Source of the DNA: Acidobacteriota bacterium
Lineage (GTDB): Bacteria > Acidobacteriota > JAAYUB01
Assembly: GCA_040768985.1 (NCBI GenBank)
Contig: JAXGLX010000002.1
Span: 4,298,602-4,362,601, forward strand
DNA: 64,000 bases
Direction of reading: 5' to 3'
Shown: positions 32,536 through 41,529 of the stretch, one piece after another
Position numbering within the stretch: the stretch's first letter is position 1
How the letters are laid out: every line of letters begins with the position of its first letter
Notes under the pieces: model-generated
What the model saw: the letters and a program-made list of their open reading frames with translations, nothing else
Databases searched by the model: none
What the model was told of the DNA's origin: nothing
Translations under genes and position numbers: made by a program

Positions 32536-32598
32536 GCGGCCTCCGCCCCGGTAGGGCTGAGCTATTATCCCAGATTTTCGCCGGTGTGCGTAAGGGAT

Positions 32599-33132
32599 TC
32601 AGAGGGCCAGCTTGGTGTCGGGGAGGGAAACGGTGCCGAAATGCTTCTTGAGGCGCTGCCGGGCCAGCCGGCGGCGGAACGACATGATCCGGTCGACGAA
32701 CAGCACGCCGTCGAGGTGGTCGATCTCGTGGAGAAAGCAGCGGGCCAGCAGGTCCTGGGCGTCCACCTCGTAGGTGTTCCCCTGCAGGTCCTGGCCGCGG
32801 ATGCGGGCCCAGCGCGGGCGGACCACCGATTCCGTGAAATCGGGCACGCTCAGGCACCCCTCCTCGCAGCGATCGGTTTCGGTGGCCGTCTCGATCACTT
32901 CCGGGTTGGCCATCACGTAGAGGCGGTCCTTGAAATCGCCGTGGGAGATATCCACGACGATGAACCGCAGGCTCACCCCCACCTGCGGGGCCGCCAGGCC
33001 GATGCCGGGCGCGTGGTACATGGTTTCGGCCATGTCCGTCGCCAGACGGGCCAGCGCGTCATCGAACATGGTGACGGGAGCGGCTTTGCGCCGAAGCACC
33101 GGATCTCCGTACACCTTGATTGGCAAAATCAT
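32599..33132 (-). CDS. def: Peptide deformylase
   Basis: GIGLAAPQVG, EGCLS, HEIDHLDG. Confidence 0.97.
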   Translation of the reverse strand: MILPIKVYGDPVLRRKAAPVTMFDDALARLATDMAETMYHAPGIGLAAPQVGVSLRFIVVDISHGDFKDRLYVMANPEVIETATETDRCEEGCLSVPDFTESVVRPRWARIRGQDLQGNTYEVDAQDLLARCFLHEIDHLDGVLFVDRIMSFRRRLARQRLKKHFGTVSLPDTKLAL

Positions 33133-33174
33133 CGAAGCTCTCCCACATACTCTCGCCTGGTGAGATGCACCAGG

Positions 33175-33430
33175 CGATGAATATGATACAAAAAGGAGCA
33201 GATGTCCGCCACAGGAATCTGTTCGGGTACTGTGTCCCGGTGGTAATTATGAATATATATATATCTGTTGATTATGGATATTTTTATAAACTCTTTTATT
33301 AGAGCTATTTGTGTTTGTTGTTAAAAATAATTGTATGAAAAAATGGTATTTCATGCAGAATTTTGTTGATAAATGTGATTAATCGCATTAAAATCAGTTT
33401 TGTATTAATATCAAAAAATGTTTTAACAGG
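33175..33430. promoter_or_regulatory. Strongly AT-rich divergent intergenic region
   Basis: Visibly AT-rich in a GC-rich background; (AT)n run; imperfect palindrome ttttgtattaatatcaaaa. Confidence 0.5.
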
Positions 33431-33441
33431 AGGTTCCGAAC

Positions 33442-33864
33442 GTGAGCAAGTACGAACCGATCGAGAAGTATTTGGCCGCTCTGAAAGAGAGCGCCATCAC
33501 CCTGACCTACGACCAGATGGAAGAACTGGCCACGTTCAAGCTGCCGGATTCCGCCTACAAGCACCGGGCCTGGTGGTCCAACGGCAAGAAAGGCGGCTCC
33601 AAGTTCTGGCTGCGCGTGAACTGGCTCGTGGACGCAGTCAAACTGGGCGAGTCGGTGTCCTTCCATCGCGGTGAGGACAAGCCGAAGCCGCGCAAGAAGG
33701 CCAAAGAGGCCGTGGAGGTGGGCGACCTGTTTGAGATCATGATGTCGCTGGATGTCGCCGACATTCCGGGGATCATCAAGGACCTGCAGGCCCTGATGGT
33801 GGAGGGACTCATCACCGCGGACGAATTCGAAGAGAAGAAGAATCGGCTGCTGGCCCTGCTCTAA
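33442..33864 (+). CDS. Small protein with N-terminal 'KYxPLxxYL...LPxSA...WWSN' (DUF7662-like) domain and C-terminal SHOCT
   Basis: AGGAGG RBS; C-terminus LQALMVEGLITADEFEEKKNRLL is SHOCT-like. Confidence 0.65.
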   Translation: MSKYEPIEKYLAALKESAITLTYDQMEELATFKLPDSAYKHRAWWSNGKKGGSKFWLRVNWLVDAVKLGESVSFHRGEDKPKPRKKAKEAVEVGDLFEIMMSLDVADIPGIIKDLQALMVEGLITADEFEEKKNRLLALL

Positions 33865-33910
33865 AAAGACCGGCGGCTGCCGAACCGAGTACTGCGACTG
33901 CGACAGGATT

Positions 33911-33941
33911 GGGGCCGGCCCATGGGGCCGGTCCCTTTTTT
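33911..33941 (+). terminator. Intrinsic terminator
   Basis: ggggccggccc-atg-gggccggtccc followed by a T-tract. Confidence 0.7.
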
Positions 33942-34005
33942 CTTTTCATTCGGCCGCGCCCTTTGATAACATGGCCATTTATTTCTCCGTCGGGTGGGGC
34001 ATCCC

Positions 34006-35025
34006 ATGTTCGAACCGGAATTGAAGCGCCTCCATGAAGCCGCGCGGCAGGCCGGCCGGATCCTGATCACGGCCACCGAACGGGAGGACGGCGACTCCGT
34101 CGCGGCCGAGCTGGCCGTCAAGTACATGCTGGAGCAAGCATTCCCCGGCAGCGGCAAGGTCATCCACGTCGTCAACGAGCGCCCCTGTCCGGCCCGTTTC
34201 CTGTTCCTGCACGGCGCGCCGGAGATCATTCCGGTGGACCAGGCCGAGGCGGCCGGGGCGCGCTACGACCTGGGGATCGTGGTCGACTGCGGCGCCGACC
34301 GCTCGGGGCGGGTCCGGCCGCTGTTCATGGCGTGCCCGGTGCGGGTGAAGATCGACCACCACTCCTTCGGCAACGCCGGCACCTACGACATCGAGATCTG
34401 CAGCAGCCAGGTCGCCTCCACCACGGAGGTGCTGTTCGCCTTCGTCGACGATCCCACGTGGCGGATCCCCCTGGACGCCCGGCTCGCCAACCTCATCTAC
34501 GTGGGCATCCTGTGCGACACCGGCGCCTTCCAGTACGATCTGACCCGGCCGTCGTCCCATCGGGTGGCGGCCCGGCTGCTGGAGACCGGCTTCAATTTCC
34601 CCGACACCGCCGAGCGGGTGCACCTGGTGCGCAGTTTTACGATGAAGAAGCTGCTGGGCCTGGTGCTGAACCGGATGGAGCGCGACCCGCACGGGCGCTA
34701 CATCTGGTCGGTGATGGATCAGGAGATGATCCGCCGCTCGGGCGCCACCACCGACGACACCGGCGACATCATCGACGAGATCTGCTTCATCAACGGCGTC
34801 GAGGTGAGCCTGCTCTTCGTGGAGCAGCCGGGCGGCAACATCCGCATCTCGTTCCGCTCGCGGGGCGCCGTGAACGTGGGCGAGTTCGCCCGCAGCCTGA
34901 CGCCGCTCGGGGGCGGACATCCCCGCGCCTCCGGCTGCATGCTGACGGGCTCCATGGACGCGGTGATCGCCGAAGTCCGGGCCCGGCTGGACGAGCTGCT
35001 CGGGCGGCCGGGGCTTATCGGCTGA
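34006..35025 (+). CDS. DHH/DHHA1 phosphoesterase (NrnA-like)
   Basis: DGDS, VVDC, IDHH, DTGAF, SFRS, GGGHPRASG. Confidence 0.88.
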   Translation: MFEPELKRLHEAARQAGRILITATEREDGDSVAAELAVKYMLEQAFPGSGKVIHVVNERPCPARFLFLHGAPEIIPVDQAEAAGARYDLGIVVDCGADRSGRVRPLFMACPVRVKIDHHSFGNAGTYDIEICSSQVASTTEVLFAFVDDPTWRIPLDARLANLIYVGILCDTGAFQYDLTRPSSHRVAARLLETGFNFPDTAERVHLVRSFTMKKLLGLVLNRMERDPHGRYIWSVMDQEMIRRSGATTDDTGDIIDEICFINGVEVSLLFVEQPGGNIRISFRSRGAVNVGEFARSLTPLGGGHPRASGCMLTGSMDAVIAEVRARLDELLGRPGLIG

Positions 35026-35095
35026 CCGGGACCGCGGGCGGAGCGGTGCATCCGGGTGCGGGCCGCATCATCGAACCCGATACAGGAGGTCCGGC

Positions 35096-35857
35096 ATGGC
35101 GCAACGGCTGGCGGGCAAGCGGGCCATCGTCACCGGGGGCAGCAGCGGGATCGGCCGGGAGATCTGCCGGCAGTTCGTCGCGGAGGGAGCGGCCGTCGAA
35201 ATCATCGGGCGCGACCGCGCCCGCCTCGAGGAGACCCGGGCCGGCTGCGCGGACCCGGGCCGGGTGCGGATCCACCGCGTGGACCTGGAGGACCTCGACG
35301 CGGTGCAGGCGTGGGTGCGCGGGCGGACCGACGCCGGCGACGCGGTCCATGTCCTGGTGAACAGCGCCGGCTTTTACCGGGACGCCCGCTCGGACGACGA
35401 CCCCCGGGGGGATTACACGCGGGTCATGCGGGTGAACCTCGAGGCGGTGTTCATTCTCACCCAGGGTTTGATCCCGCTGCTGACGGCTGCCGGCGGCGGG
35501 TCGATCGTCAACATCGCCTCGACCCTCGGCTACATGCCCGTGCCGGGCTGCAGCGCGTACTCGGCGGCGAAGGCGGGAGTGCTGATGTTCACCCGGAGCG
35601 TGGCGCTGGAATATGCCGGACGCGGCATCCGCTGCAACGCCATCTCGCCGGGGGTGGTGCGCACGCCCATCTTCGAGGCGATCATGTCGCCCGACGAGAT
35701 CCGTGCGCACCTGGCGCGGATGGCGCCCGCCCATCCCCTGGGACGCGTGGGCGAGCCGGCGGACATCGCCCGCGCCGCCGTGTTCCTGGCTTCCGACGAG
35801 GCGGCCTGGATCACGGGGGTGAACCTGCCGGTGGACGGCGGGATATCGCTCACGTGA
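35096..35857 (+). CDS. SDR family oxidoreductase
   Basis: TGGSSGIG, NSAG, YSAAK, IRCNAISPG, VDGG. Confidence 0.92.
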   Translation: MAQRLAGKRAIVTGGSSGIGREICRQFVAEGAAVEIIGRDRARLEETRAGCADPGRVRIHRVDLEDLDAVQAWVRGRTDAGDAVHVLVNSAGFYRDARSDDDPRGDYTRVMRVNLEAVFILTQGLIPLLTAAGGGSIVNIASTLGYMPVPGCSAYSAAKAGVLMFTRSVALEYAGRGIRCNAISPGVVRTPIFEAIMSPDEIRAHLARMAPAHPLGRVGEPADIARAAVFLASDEAAWITGVNLPVDGGISLT

Positions 35858-35898
35858 CCCGCGGCCGCGGAACCGCCGCGCCGGGCAAGGAGAACGAG

Positions 35899-36321
35899 AT
35901 GATCCTCATCACCAAGACCGTGACCTTCTGCGCCGCCCACCGCTACTGGCAGCCGGCGTGGGACGAGGCGAAAAATCGGGCCGTGTTCGGACCGTGCGCC
36001 AATCCGCACGGCCACGGGCACAACTACCGCCTGGAGCTGTCGCTGGCAGGAGAGCCGGACCCTGAGACCGGCATGATCATCGACCTGAAGGACGTCAAGG
36101 CCGTCCTGGAACAGACGGTGCTGGACCGTCTGGACCACCGGTTTCTCAACCAGGACATCCCCCATTTCCAGACCGTTATCCCCACCACCGAGAATCTGGT
36201 GCTGTACATCCGCGACCTCCTGCAGCCGGCCTTCCGGGGCGCGCGGGTCCACCGCATCCGGCTGTGGGAGAGCGACGATCTGTGCGTGGAATGGACCGCG
36301 GAGGAGTCATGCTCCGCCTGA
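35899..36321 (+). CDS. 6-pyruvoyl-tetrahydropterin synthase / QueD family, copy 1
   Basis: FCAAH, CANPHGHGHNY, GMIIDL, LDH, PTTEN, LWES. Confidence 0.88.
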   Translation: MILITKTVTFCAAHRYWQPAWDEAKNRAVFGPCANPHGHGHNYRLELSLAGEPDPETGMIIDLKDVKAVLEQTVLDRLDHRFLNQDIPHFQTVIPTTENLVLYIRDLLQPAFRGARVHRIRLWESDDLCVEWTAEESCSA

Positions 36322-36713
36322 TCCGGCGCTACACCTTCTCGGCGGGCCACCGCCTGAGCCGGGCCCAGTGGGATCCGGAGCGGAACCGCCGCGTCTACGG
36401 CCGCTGCGCCAATCCGCACGGCCACGGCCACAACTACACGCTCTGGGTGGCGGTCTCCGGCAAGGTGGACCCGGCCAGCGGGATGATCGCGAATCTGGCC
36501 GAGCTGGACCGGGTGGTGCGCCGCCAGGTCGTGGACCGGCTGGATCACCGCTTCATCAACGACGAGATCCCCGACTTCCGCGACCGGGTGCCCACGTCCG
36601 AAAACCTGTGCCGGTGGATCTGGTCGGCCCTGCAGCCGGCGGTGCCGGGACGGCTCGCGACGATCACCCTTCAGGAGACCGACACCAACGGCTTCGAGTA
36701 TTCCGGACCGTGA
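36309..36713 (+). CDS. 6-pyruvoyl-tetrahydropterin synthase / QueD family, copy 2
   Basis: FSAGH, CANPHGHGHNY, GMIANL, LDH, PTSEN, LQET. Confidence 0.88.
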   Translation: MLRLIRRYTFSAGHRLSRAQWDPERNRRVYGRCANPHGHGHNYTLWVAVSGKVDPASGMIANLAELDRVVRRQVVDRLDHRFINDEIPDFRDRVPTSENLCRWIWSALQPAVPGRLATITLQETDTNGFEYSGP

Positions 36714-36762
36714 ACGGCGCCCGAGGCCGGACCCGACCCCCCCCCCGCCCCCGCCGCGACGC

Positions 36763-37203
36763 TCAGCCGGTCAGCACCCGTTTGATGCGGGAGGCGCACC
36801 GATACCCCCAGCGCAGGGGCGGGTAGGCGGCGCGGATCCACCAAGCCCGGGGGCGGAAGCGAAGCCAGCCGGCGCGCACCCGTTCGATGCGGCCCAGAAT
36901 GGCGTCTGCCGGAACGGGTCCCTCCACGTCGTGCCGGTTGTCCCCCTGGACGTAGAACAGCCGCCCCCGCTCGGGGTCATCGACGCGGCGCACCAGCCGG
37001 TGCGCCACGAGGCGCGTGCCGTCATGGAAGAGCAGCACGTCGCCGGGCCGCAGCTCCTCCGCCGGAACCGGCTGGACCTCCAGGTCGGCGCCGGGGAAGA
37101 TGAGCGGCTTCATGCTGGAGCCGGCGGCGCGGCAGCGCACCGGGCGGCCGGCGCGCAGTTCCAGCTCGGCCACCTGCTCAGCCGGTGGTATCGGTGGGGG
37201 CAT
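36763..37203 (-). CDS. S24/S26 peptidase-like protein
   Basis: GSSMKPLI, GDVLLF, HRLV, QGDN, ILGRI (Ser-His variant as in SipW-like peptidases). Confidence 0.7.
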   Translation of the reverse strand: MPPPIPPAEQVAELELRAGRPVRCRAAGSSMKPLIFPGADLEVQPVPAEELRPGDVLLFHDGTRLVAHRLVRRVDDPERGRLFYVQGDNRHDVEGPVPADAILGRIERVRAGWLRFRPRAWWIRAAYPPLRWGYRCASRIKRVLTG

Positions 37204-37456
37204 GGTCCGCGTCCGCCGCTTCGGTCGATTCCGCGTCCGGCCCGGTGGCAGCGGCCGCCTCGGCTTCCTCGGCCTTGGCCCGGGCGTTCTGCAGGACGCG
37301 TGTGAACGGCACGTTCTTCCGCTCGCGGATGGTGTCGGCGATCCGCTCGTACATCCGCTGCATGTCTTGCAGCTCGGCGATGGCTTCGGGATCCTTCGTC
37401 TTGTGGAAACCCACCGCGTCGATCGCGCCGTTCACCCGTTCGTCGTCGTCAGGCAT
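37178..37456 (-). CDS. Hypothetical protein
   Basis: Overlaps rlmN stop with GGAGG RBS; host-like codon usage. Confidence 0.55.
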   Translation of the reverse strand: MPDDDERVNGAIDAVGFHKTKDPEAIAELQDMQRMYERIADTIRERKNVPFTRVLQNARAKAEEAEAAAATGPDAESTEAADADHAPTDTTG

Positions 37457-38531
37457 GGCATCCTCCGGGTTCGAGTCGGGCAGTCGGGCGGGCCGCCGCC
37501 GGCCGGCCGGCGGCGACCAACTGGCCGCACGCCGCCTGGATGTCGCGGCCCCGCGACTTGCGGATCATGGCGGCGAACCGGGCATCGATGAGCACCTGCT
37601 TGAAGGCGAGGACCGCCGCTTCAGCCGGCGCGGCGAAGGGAAGGCCGGAGACTTCGTTGTACGGGATCAGGTTGATCTTGCAGCGGAGGGGCTTGAGCAG
37701 GCGCGCCAGCCGTCGGGCGTCCGCCGGCGTGTCGTTCACGCCGCGGATCAGGACGTATTCGAAGGTGATGCGCTCGCCCGGCGCCAGGGGGAAGTCGCGG
37801 CAGGCGCCGAGGAGCTCCGCCAGCGGATGGCGGCGGTTTACCGGCATCAGCCGGTCGCGGACCTCGTCGGTGGCGGCGTTGAGGGAGATCGCCAGCTTCG
37901 GGCGGACCGGCTCGGCGGCCAGACGGCGAATGCCGTCCACCAGGCCGGACGTGGACAGGGTGACGCCGCGCCTCGACAGGGCGATGCCGGCCGGATCGAT
38001 GAACAGCCGGAAGGCGTCCATCACCGCGTCGTAGTTGAGCAGCGGCTCGCCCATGCCCATGAACACGATGTTGGCCGGCCGGCCCTGGAGGCCGAGGTCG
38101 GCGGCGATCCGGAAGTACTGACCCAGGATCTCGCCGGCGGCGAGGTTGCGGCGGGCGGTCATGCCGGCGGTGGCGCAGAAGGTGCACCCCATGGGGCAGC
38201 CCACCTGGGTGGACAGGCACAGCGTCACGCGGTCCGGTTCGGGGATGTGGACCGACTCGACCTCGCAACCGTCGGCCAGCCGGAACAGATACTTGTGGCA
38301 GCCGTCGGCGGACACGGCCCGGGCGGCCGTCTCGGGCAGGCTGATCCGGCAGCACGCGGCCAGCTCCTGGCGGAGCGACTTGGCCAGGTTGGTCATGGCG
38401 TCCAGCTCCGTGCACTGGCGCCGGTAGAGCTGGTGGTAGAGCTGCCGCGCCCGGAACGCCGGCTGGTTCCAGCGCGCCAGCACCGCCGTCAGCTCCGCCA
38501 GGGACATGCCCAACAGGTTCTCCCGTTCCAT
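37449..38531 (-). CDS. rlmN: 23S rRNA m2A2503 radical SAM methyltransferase RlmN
   Basis: STQVGCPMGCTFC, MGMGEPL, FEYVLI, NLIPYN, DIQAACGQL. Confidence 0.96.
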   Translation of the reverse strand: MERENLLGMSLAELTAVLARWNQPAFRARQLYHQLYRRQCTELDAMTNLAKSLRQELAACCRISLPETAARAVSADGCHKYLFRLADGCEVESVHIPEPDRVTLCLSTQVGCPMGCTFCATAGMTARRNLAAGEILGQYFRIAADLGLQGRPANIVFMGMGEPLLNYDAVMDAFRLFIDPAGIALSRRGVTLSTSGLVDGIRRLAAEPVRPKLAISLNAATDEVRDRLMPVNRRHPLAELLGACRDFPLAPGERITFEYVLIRGVNDTPADARRLARLLKPLRCKINLIPYNEVSGLPFAAPAEAAVLAFKQVLIDARFAAMIRKSRGRDIQAACGQLVAAGRPAAARPTARLEPGGCHA

Positions 38532-38566
38532 GGTCCGGTACTATAGCACCGGGGTGGGGAAAAATC

Positions 38567-38597
38567 AAAAAACGGGCCGGGCAGCGGGGCCCCGTTT
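38567..38597 (-). terminator. Probable terminator of the TonB receptor gene
   Basis: GC hairpin followed by a T-tract on the minus strand. Confidence 0.5.
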
Positions 38598-38624
38598 CGC
38601 CAACGTTAAGGAGGCCGTTCGGGA

Positions 38625-40559
38625 TCAGCGGACCAGCACTCGGAGCCCGCCCAGGATGGTGACGCCGGGCATGGGGTAACCGGGGCGGTATTCATAGTCG
38701 GTGTCCATCAGGTTTTCCACGGTCCCGAACAGCGTCACCCGCTCCCGCCAGCTCTCGGGGGCGACGTGGAGGTCGAGCCGGGCGTTGACCAGGGCGAAGC
38801 CGTCCATGGCCGTGCGGGCGCCGGGATAGCGCGGGTTGGCGGCGTAGCGGCGGCCGACGTACTGGGCGTCCAGCGAGACGTCGAGCCGGCGGAACGGCTT
38901 CCAGTTCCAGCCGGCGACGATCGTGTGGCGCGGCGCGTACGGCGTGTCGTGGGGCTGGGCGTCCAGGAACGTGTAGGCCGCGAACAGGTGGTGCGCGTCG
39001 GCGGGCCAGACTGTGACCGAGGTCTCCAGGCCGTTGAGCTCGAACTCGGCGATGTTCTCGTAGCGCGGGGGCGGGGCGGTGAAGCGGAGAGCGTCACGGC
39101 CGCGGTCGTGGAAGCAGGTGGCGTCAAGGCGCAGCCAGGTATTGACCACCCGGGACACACCCGCTTCCAGGTGAACCACCCGCTCGGGCTCCAGCTCGCG
39201 CCAGGCGTCGCCCTGGCCCCACTGGTCGTACGACACGGCCGCGTACACGCCGGGCAGGTTGAAGCCCCGTGAGATGGACACGTGCGCGGTGGTGCCGCCG
39301 CGGGTCAGGTTGACGCCGGCCTGGGGGGCCAGGAACGTGCCGAATGCGTCGCTGATGTTGACGCGCAGCCCGGCGACCGGAGCGATCTTCGTGCTGTCGC
39401 CGAACTCGGCGCTCGCCAGCGCATAGGGGGCGGCGTTGCGGAACCGCTCGCCTCGGGTGGGACCCGCCGTGCCGCCGATGACGCTGGTGAAGTCGCCGCC
39501 GTAGTCGTCCCAGTCGAAGCCGGCCGTCAGCGCCACCCGTTCGCTGCCGCGCCAGGTCTGGCGGGCGCGGAAACCCCAGTTGTGATAGTCGGTGTCGCTG
39601 TCCTCGGGCTGGCCCCGGACGGTGTTCCACTGCTGCCAGTTGATCATGCCGTTGTCGCTGTAGAAGCGGAAGTACCCGTCCCATCCGGCCAGCGTGTTCT
39701 CCAGCGTGACCACCGTGAGCCAGTCGTCGGTGTTGAACTGGGCGCGGGGCGGCGGCGGCAGGCCGGCGACGCCCGGGTCGCGGGCGTAGTTGTTCGTGTG
39801 GGTCATCGCCAGGTCCAGCCGCCAGCCCGGGGCGATGGCGTAGCCCAGGCGGCCGAAGTAGTGCTGCAGCTCGCCGTCGGCCTGGAATCGGTGTCCGTCG
39901 GAGTGCTTGTAGCCGATGGAGACGTACGTGTCGAACCGGCCCTGCCGGTAACCGTCGTTCAAGGAGGTGAGCAGCGTGCCCCAGGAACCGCCGGCCGCGG
40001 ACAGTTCCAGCTCGTGCCCGTCCCGGAGCATGCGTCGGGTGCGGATGTCCACCGCGCCGAAGCTCATGTTGCCGTACAGGACGGGGGACGCGCCTTTGAC
40101 CACGTCGATCTGTTCCACGGTGTCCACGGCCAGCACGTCCATGAGGGGGTGGGCCCAGACTCCGGACGCGCGAGGGACGCCGTCGACGAGAAACTGGATC
40201 TCGGCGCCGGGGCGGCCCGAGCCCATGCCGCGGATGAACAGCGTGCCGCCCTCGCCGCCGCCGTAGCTTCCCACCAGGTTGTAGCGGGAAATGAGGATGC
40301 CGGGCACGCGGCGCACGCCGGTGAGGACATCGTGGGCCATCAAGTCATCCAGCTGCGTCCGCGAGACGCGGGAAAACGTGATCCCGTCGGCGGCGAGATG
40401 GTTGCCCTCCACGATCGGGGCGTCGGCCCGGACCTCGATCTCGGTGCGCAGCGGCGGCACCGGCGTATCCGGTTCGCGGTCCGCCGATGAATCGACGGCC
40501 AGACATGGGAGGGCGGCCAGAACGATCCAGTAAAAAATCAAGGCGATTCGTTGAAACAT
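38625..40559 (-). CDS. TonB-dependent receptor (plug and barrel)
   Basis: Signal peptide; IRGMG, LVDGVP, IDVVKGASPVLYG, ENLMD...Y, YPMPG. Confidence 0.88.
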   Translation of the reverse strand: MFQRIALIFYWIVLAALPCLAVDSSADREPDTPVPPLRTEIEVRADAPIVEGNHLAADGITFSRVSRTQLDDLMAHDVLTGVRRVPGILISRYNLVGSYGGGEGGTLFIRGMGSGRPGAEIQFLVDGVPRASGVWAHPLMDVLAVDTVEQIDVVKGASPVLYGNMSFGAVDIRTRRMLRDGHELELSAAGGSWGTLLTSLNDGYRQGRFDTYVSIGYKHSDGHRFQADGELQHYFGRLGYAIAPGWRLDLAMTHTNNYARDPGVAGLPPPPRAQFNTDDWLTVVTLENTLAGWDGYFRFYSDNGMINWQQWNTVRGQPEDSDTDYHNWGFRARQTWRGSERVALTAGFDWDDYGGDFTSVIGGTAGPTRGERFRNAAPYALASAEFGDSTKIAPVAGLRVNISDAFGTFLAPQAGVNLTRGGTTAHVSISRGFNLPGVYAAVSYDQWGQGDAWRELEPERVVHLEAGVSRVVNTWLRLDATCFHDRGRDALRFTAPPPRYENIAEFELNGLETSVTVWPADAHHLFAAYTFLDAQPHDTPYAPRHTIVAGWNWKPFRRLDVSLDAQYVGRRYAANPRYPGARTAMDGFALVNARLDLHVAPESWRERVTLFGTVENLMDTDYEYRPGYPMPGVTILGGLRVLVR

Positions 40560-40573
40560 GGACAAGGCACTCC

Positions 40574-40600
40574 GTGTTACGTATAATAAAATGGTAACAC
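40574..40600. promoter_or_regulatory. NikR-type operator 1 (perfect palindrome)
   Basis: GTGTTAC-N13-GTAACAC overlapping the -10 of the receptor promoter. Confidence 0.75.
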
Positions 40601-40627
40601 TATAGAAGGCGGGGGCGAAGGGGTCAA
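40599..40627 (-). promoter_or_regulatory. Sigma70 promoter of the TonB receptor gene
   Basis: TTGACC-17 bp-TATAGT on the minus strand. Confidence 0.7.
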
Positions 40628-40634
40628 GCGATTT

Positions 40635-40661
40635 GTGTCACGTTCAGCAAAAACATAACAC
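40635..40661. promoter_or_regulatory. NikR-type operator 2
   Basis: GTGTCAC-N13-ATAACAC immediately before the ATG of the solute-binding protein gene. Confidence 0.6.
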
Positions 40662-40662
40662 G

Positions 40663-41529
40663 ATGTCAGGCAGCCGATTGTTTGTCCCGATAATGGCTTG
40701 GGTCGCGCTCCCATTCATCCTACTTGCCTCCGGGATGACGAGTTGCGGCGGCTCCATCGCCTCGCCGGCACCGAAGCCGCCGCGGCCCCAGGTGGTAGTC
40801 GCATCCTCCCTTTTGTACGCGATGGTGCACAGTCTGGCCGGAGCGGAGACGGAACTGTATCTGCTGGTGCCGCCCGGTTCCTGTCCGGGCCATTACGACC
40901 TGGCCCCGGCTGATGCCCTGGCCATCCAGCGCTGCGACCTGGCCCTCAGCCACGCCTTTCAGAAGGATCTCCGCACCCGCTGGTCCGGGCTGGCCCTGCC
41001 GGGAAGTTTGGATGTGCTGCCCGATCGGGGCACCGCGCTCATTCCCGGCAACTACCGGGCGGCGCTGGCCGACACGGCCGAACTGTTGGTCCGCCGTTTC
41101 CCCCGGTTGGCGCCGGTGGTCCGCGCCCGCCACGCGGCGGTCGACGATTCCGTGCGCCGGCACACCGAGCCGTCGCTGGCCGAACTGCGACGGCTGGGCC
41201 GCGGAGTGGGAATCGTCTGCGACAGCCGCCAGGAGGAATTCCTCCGGTTCCTGGGTCTCGAGGTGCGCGGCACCTGGCTCGCCGGCGCCGACCCGTCGCC
41301 GGAGCTCATCCGGCGGCCCGCCGGGACCGTGGCCCTTCTGGTGGGCAACCGGCAGTCGGACCAGGCGGGCATCACCGCGCGCCTGGCGGAGCAGTGGGGT
41401 CGGCCGCACGTGGTGCTCAGCAATTTCCCGACAGATCCTGCGGACCAGTACGATTACCTGAACTACTTCCGGTCGCAGGCGCACGTCCTCAGGGAAGCCC
41501 TCGAACATGTCCAACCCGCTGCTCGTTGA
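40663..41529 (+). CDS. Metal ABC transporter solute-binding lipoprotein (ZnuA/TroA-like fold)
   Basis: Lipobox MTS-C; LVPPGSCPGHYDL at the DPH metal-ligand position; followed by ATPase and permease. Confidence 0.7.
   Translation: MSGSRLFVPIMAWVALPFILLASGMTSCGGSIASPAPKPPRPQVVVASSLLYAMVHSLAGAETELYLLVPPGSCPGHYDLAPADALAIQRCDLALSHAFQKDLRTRWSGLALPGSLDVLPDRGTALIPGNYRAALADTAELLVRRFPRLAPVVRARHAAVDDSVRRHTEPSLAELRRLGRGVGIVCDSRQEEFLRFLGLEVRGTWLAGADPSPELIRRPAGTVALLVGNRQSDQAGITARLAEQWGRPHVVLSNFPTDPADQYDYLNYFRSQAHVLREALEHVQPAAR

Noticed and set aside
33175-33430. oriC or dif site
   Set aside because: Only one near-consensus DnaA box, no dnaA/dnaN/gidA context and no XerC/D dif consensus recognised
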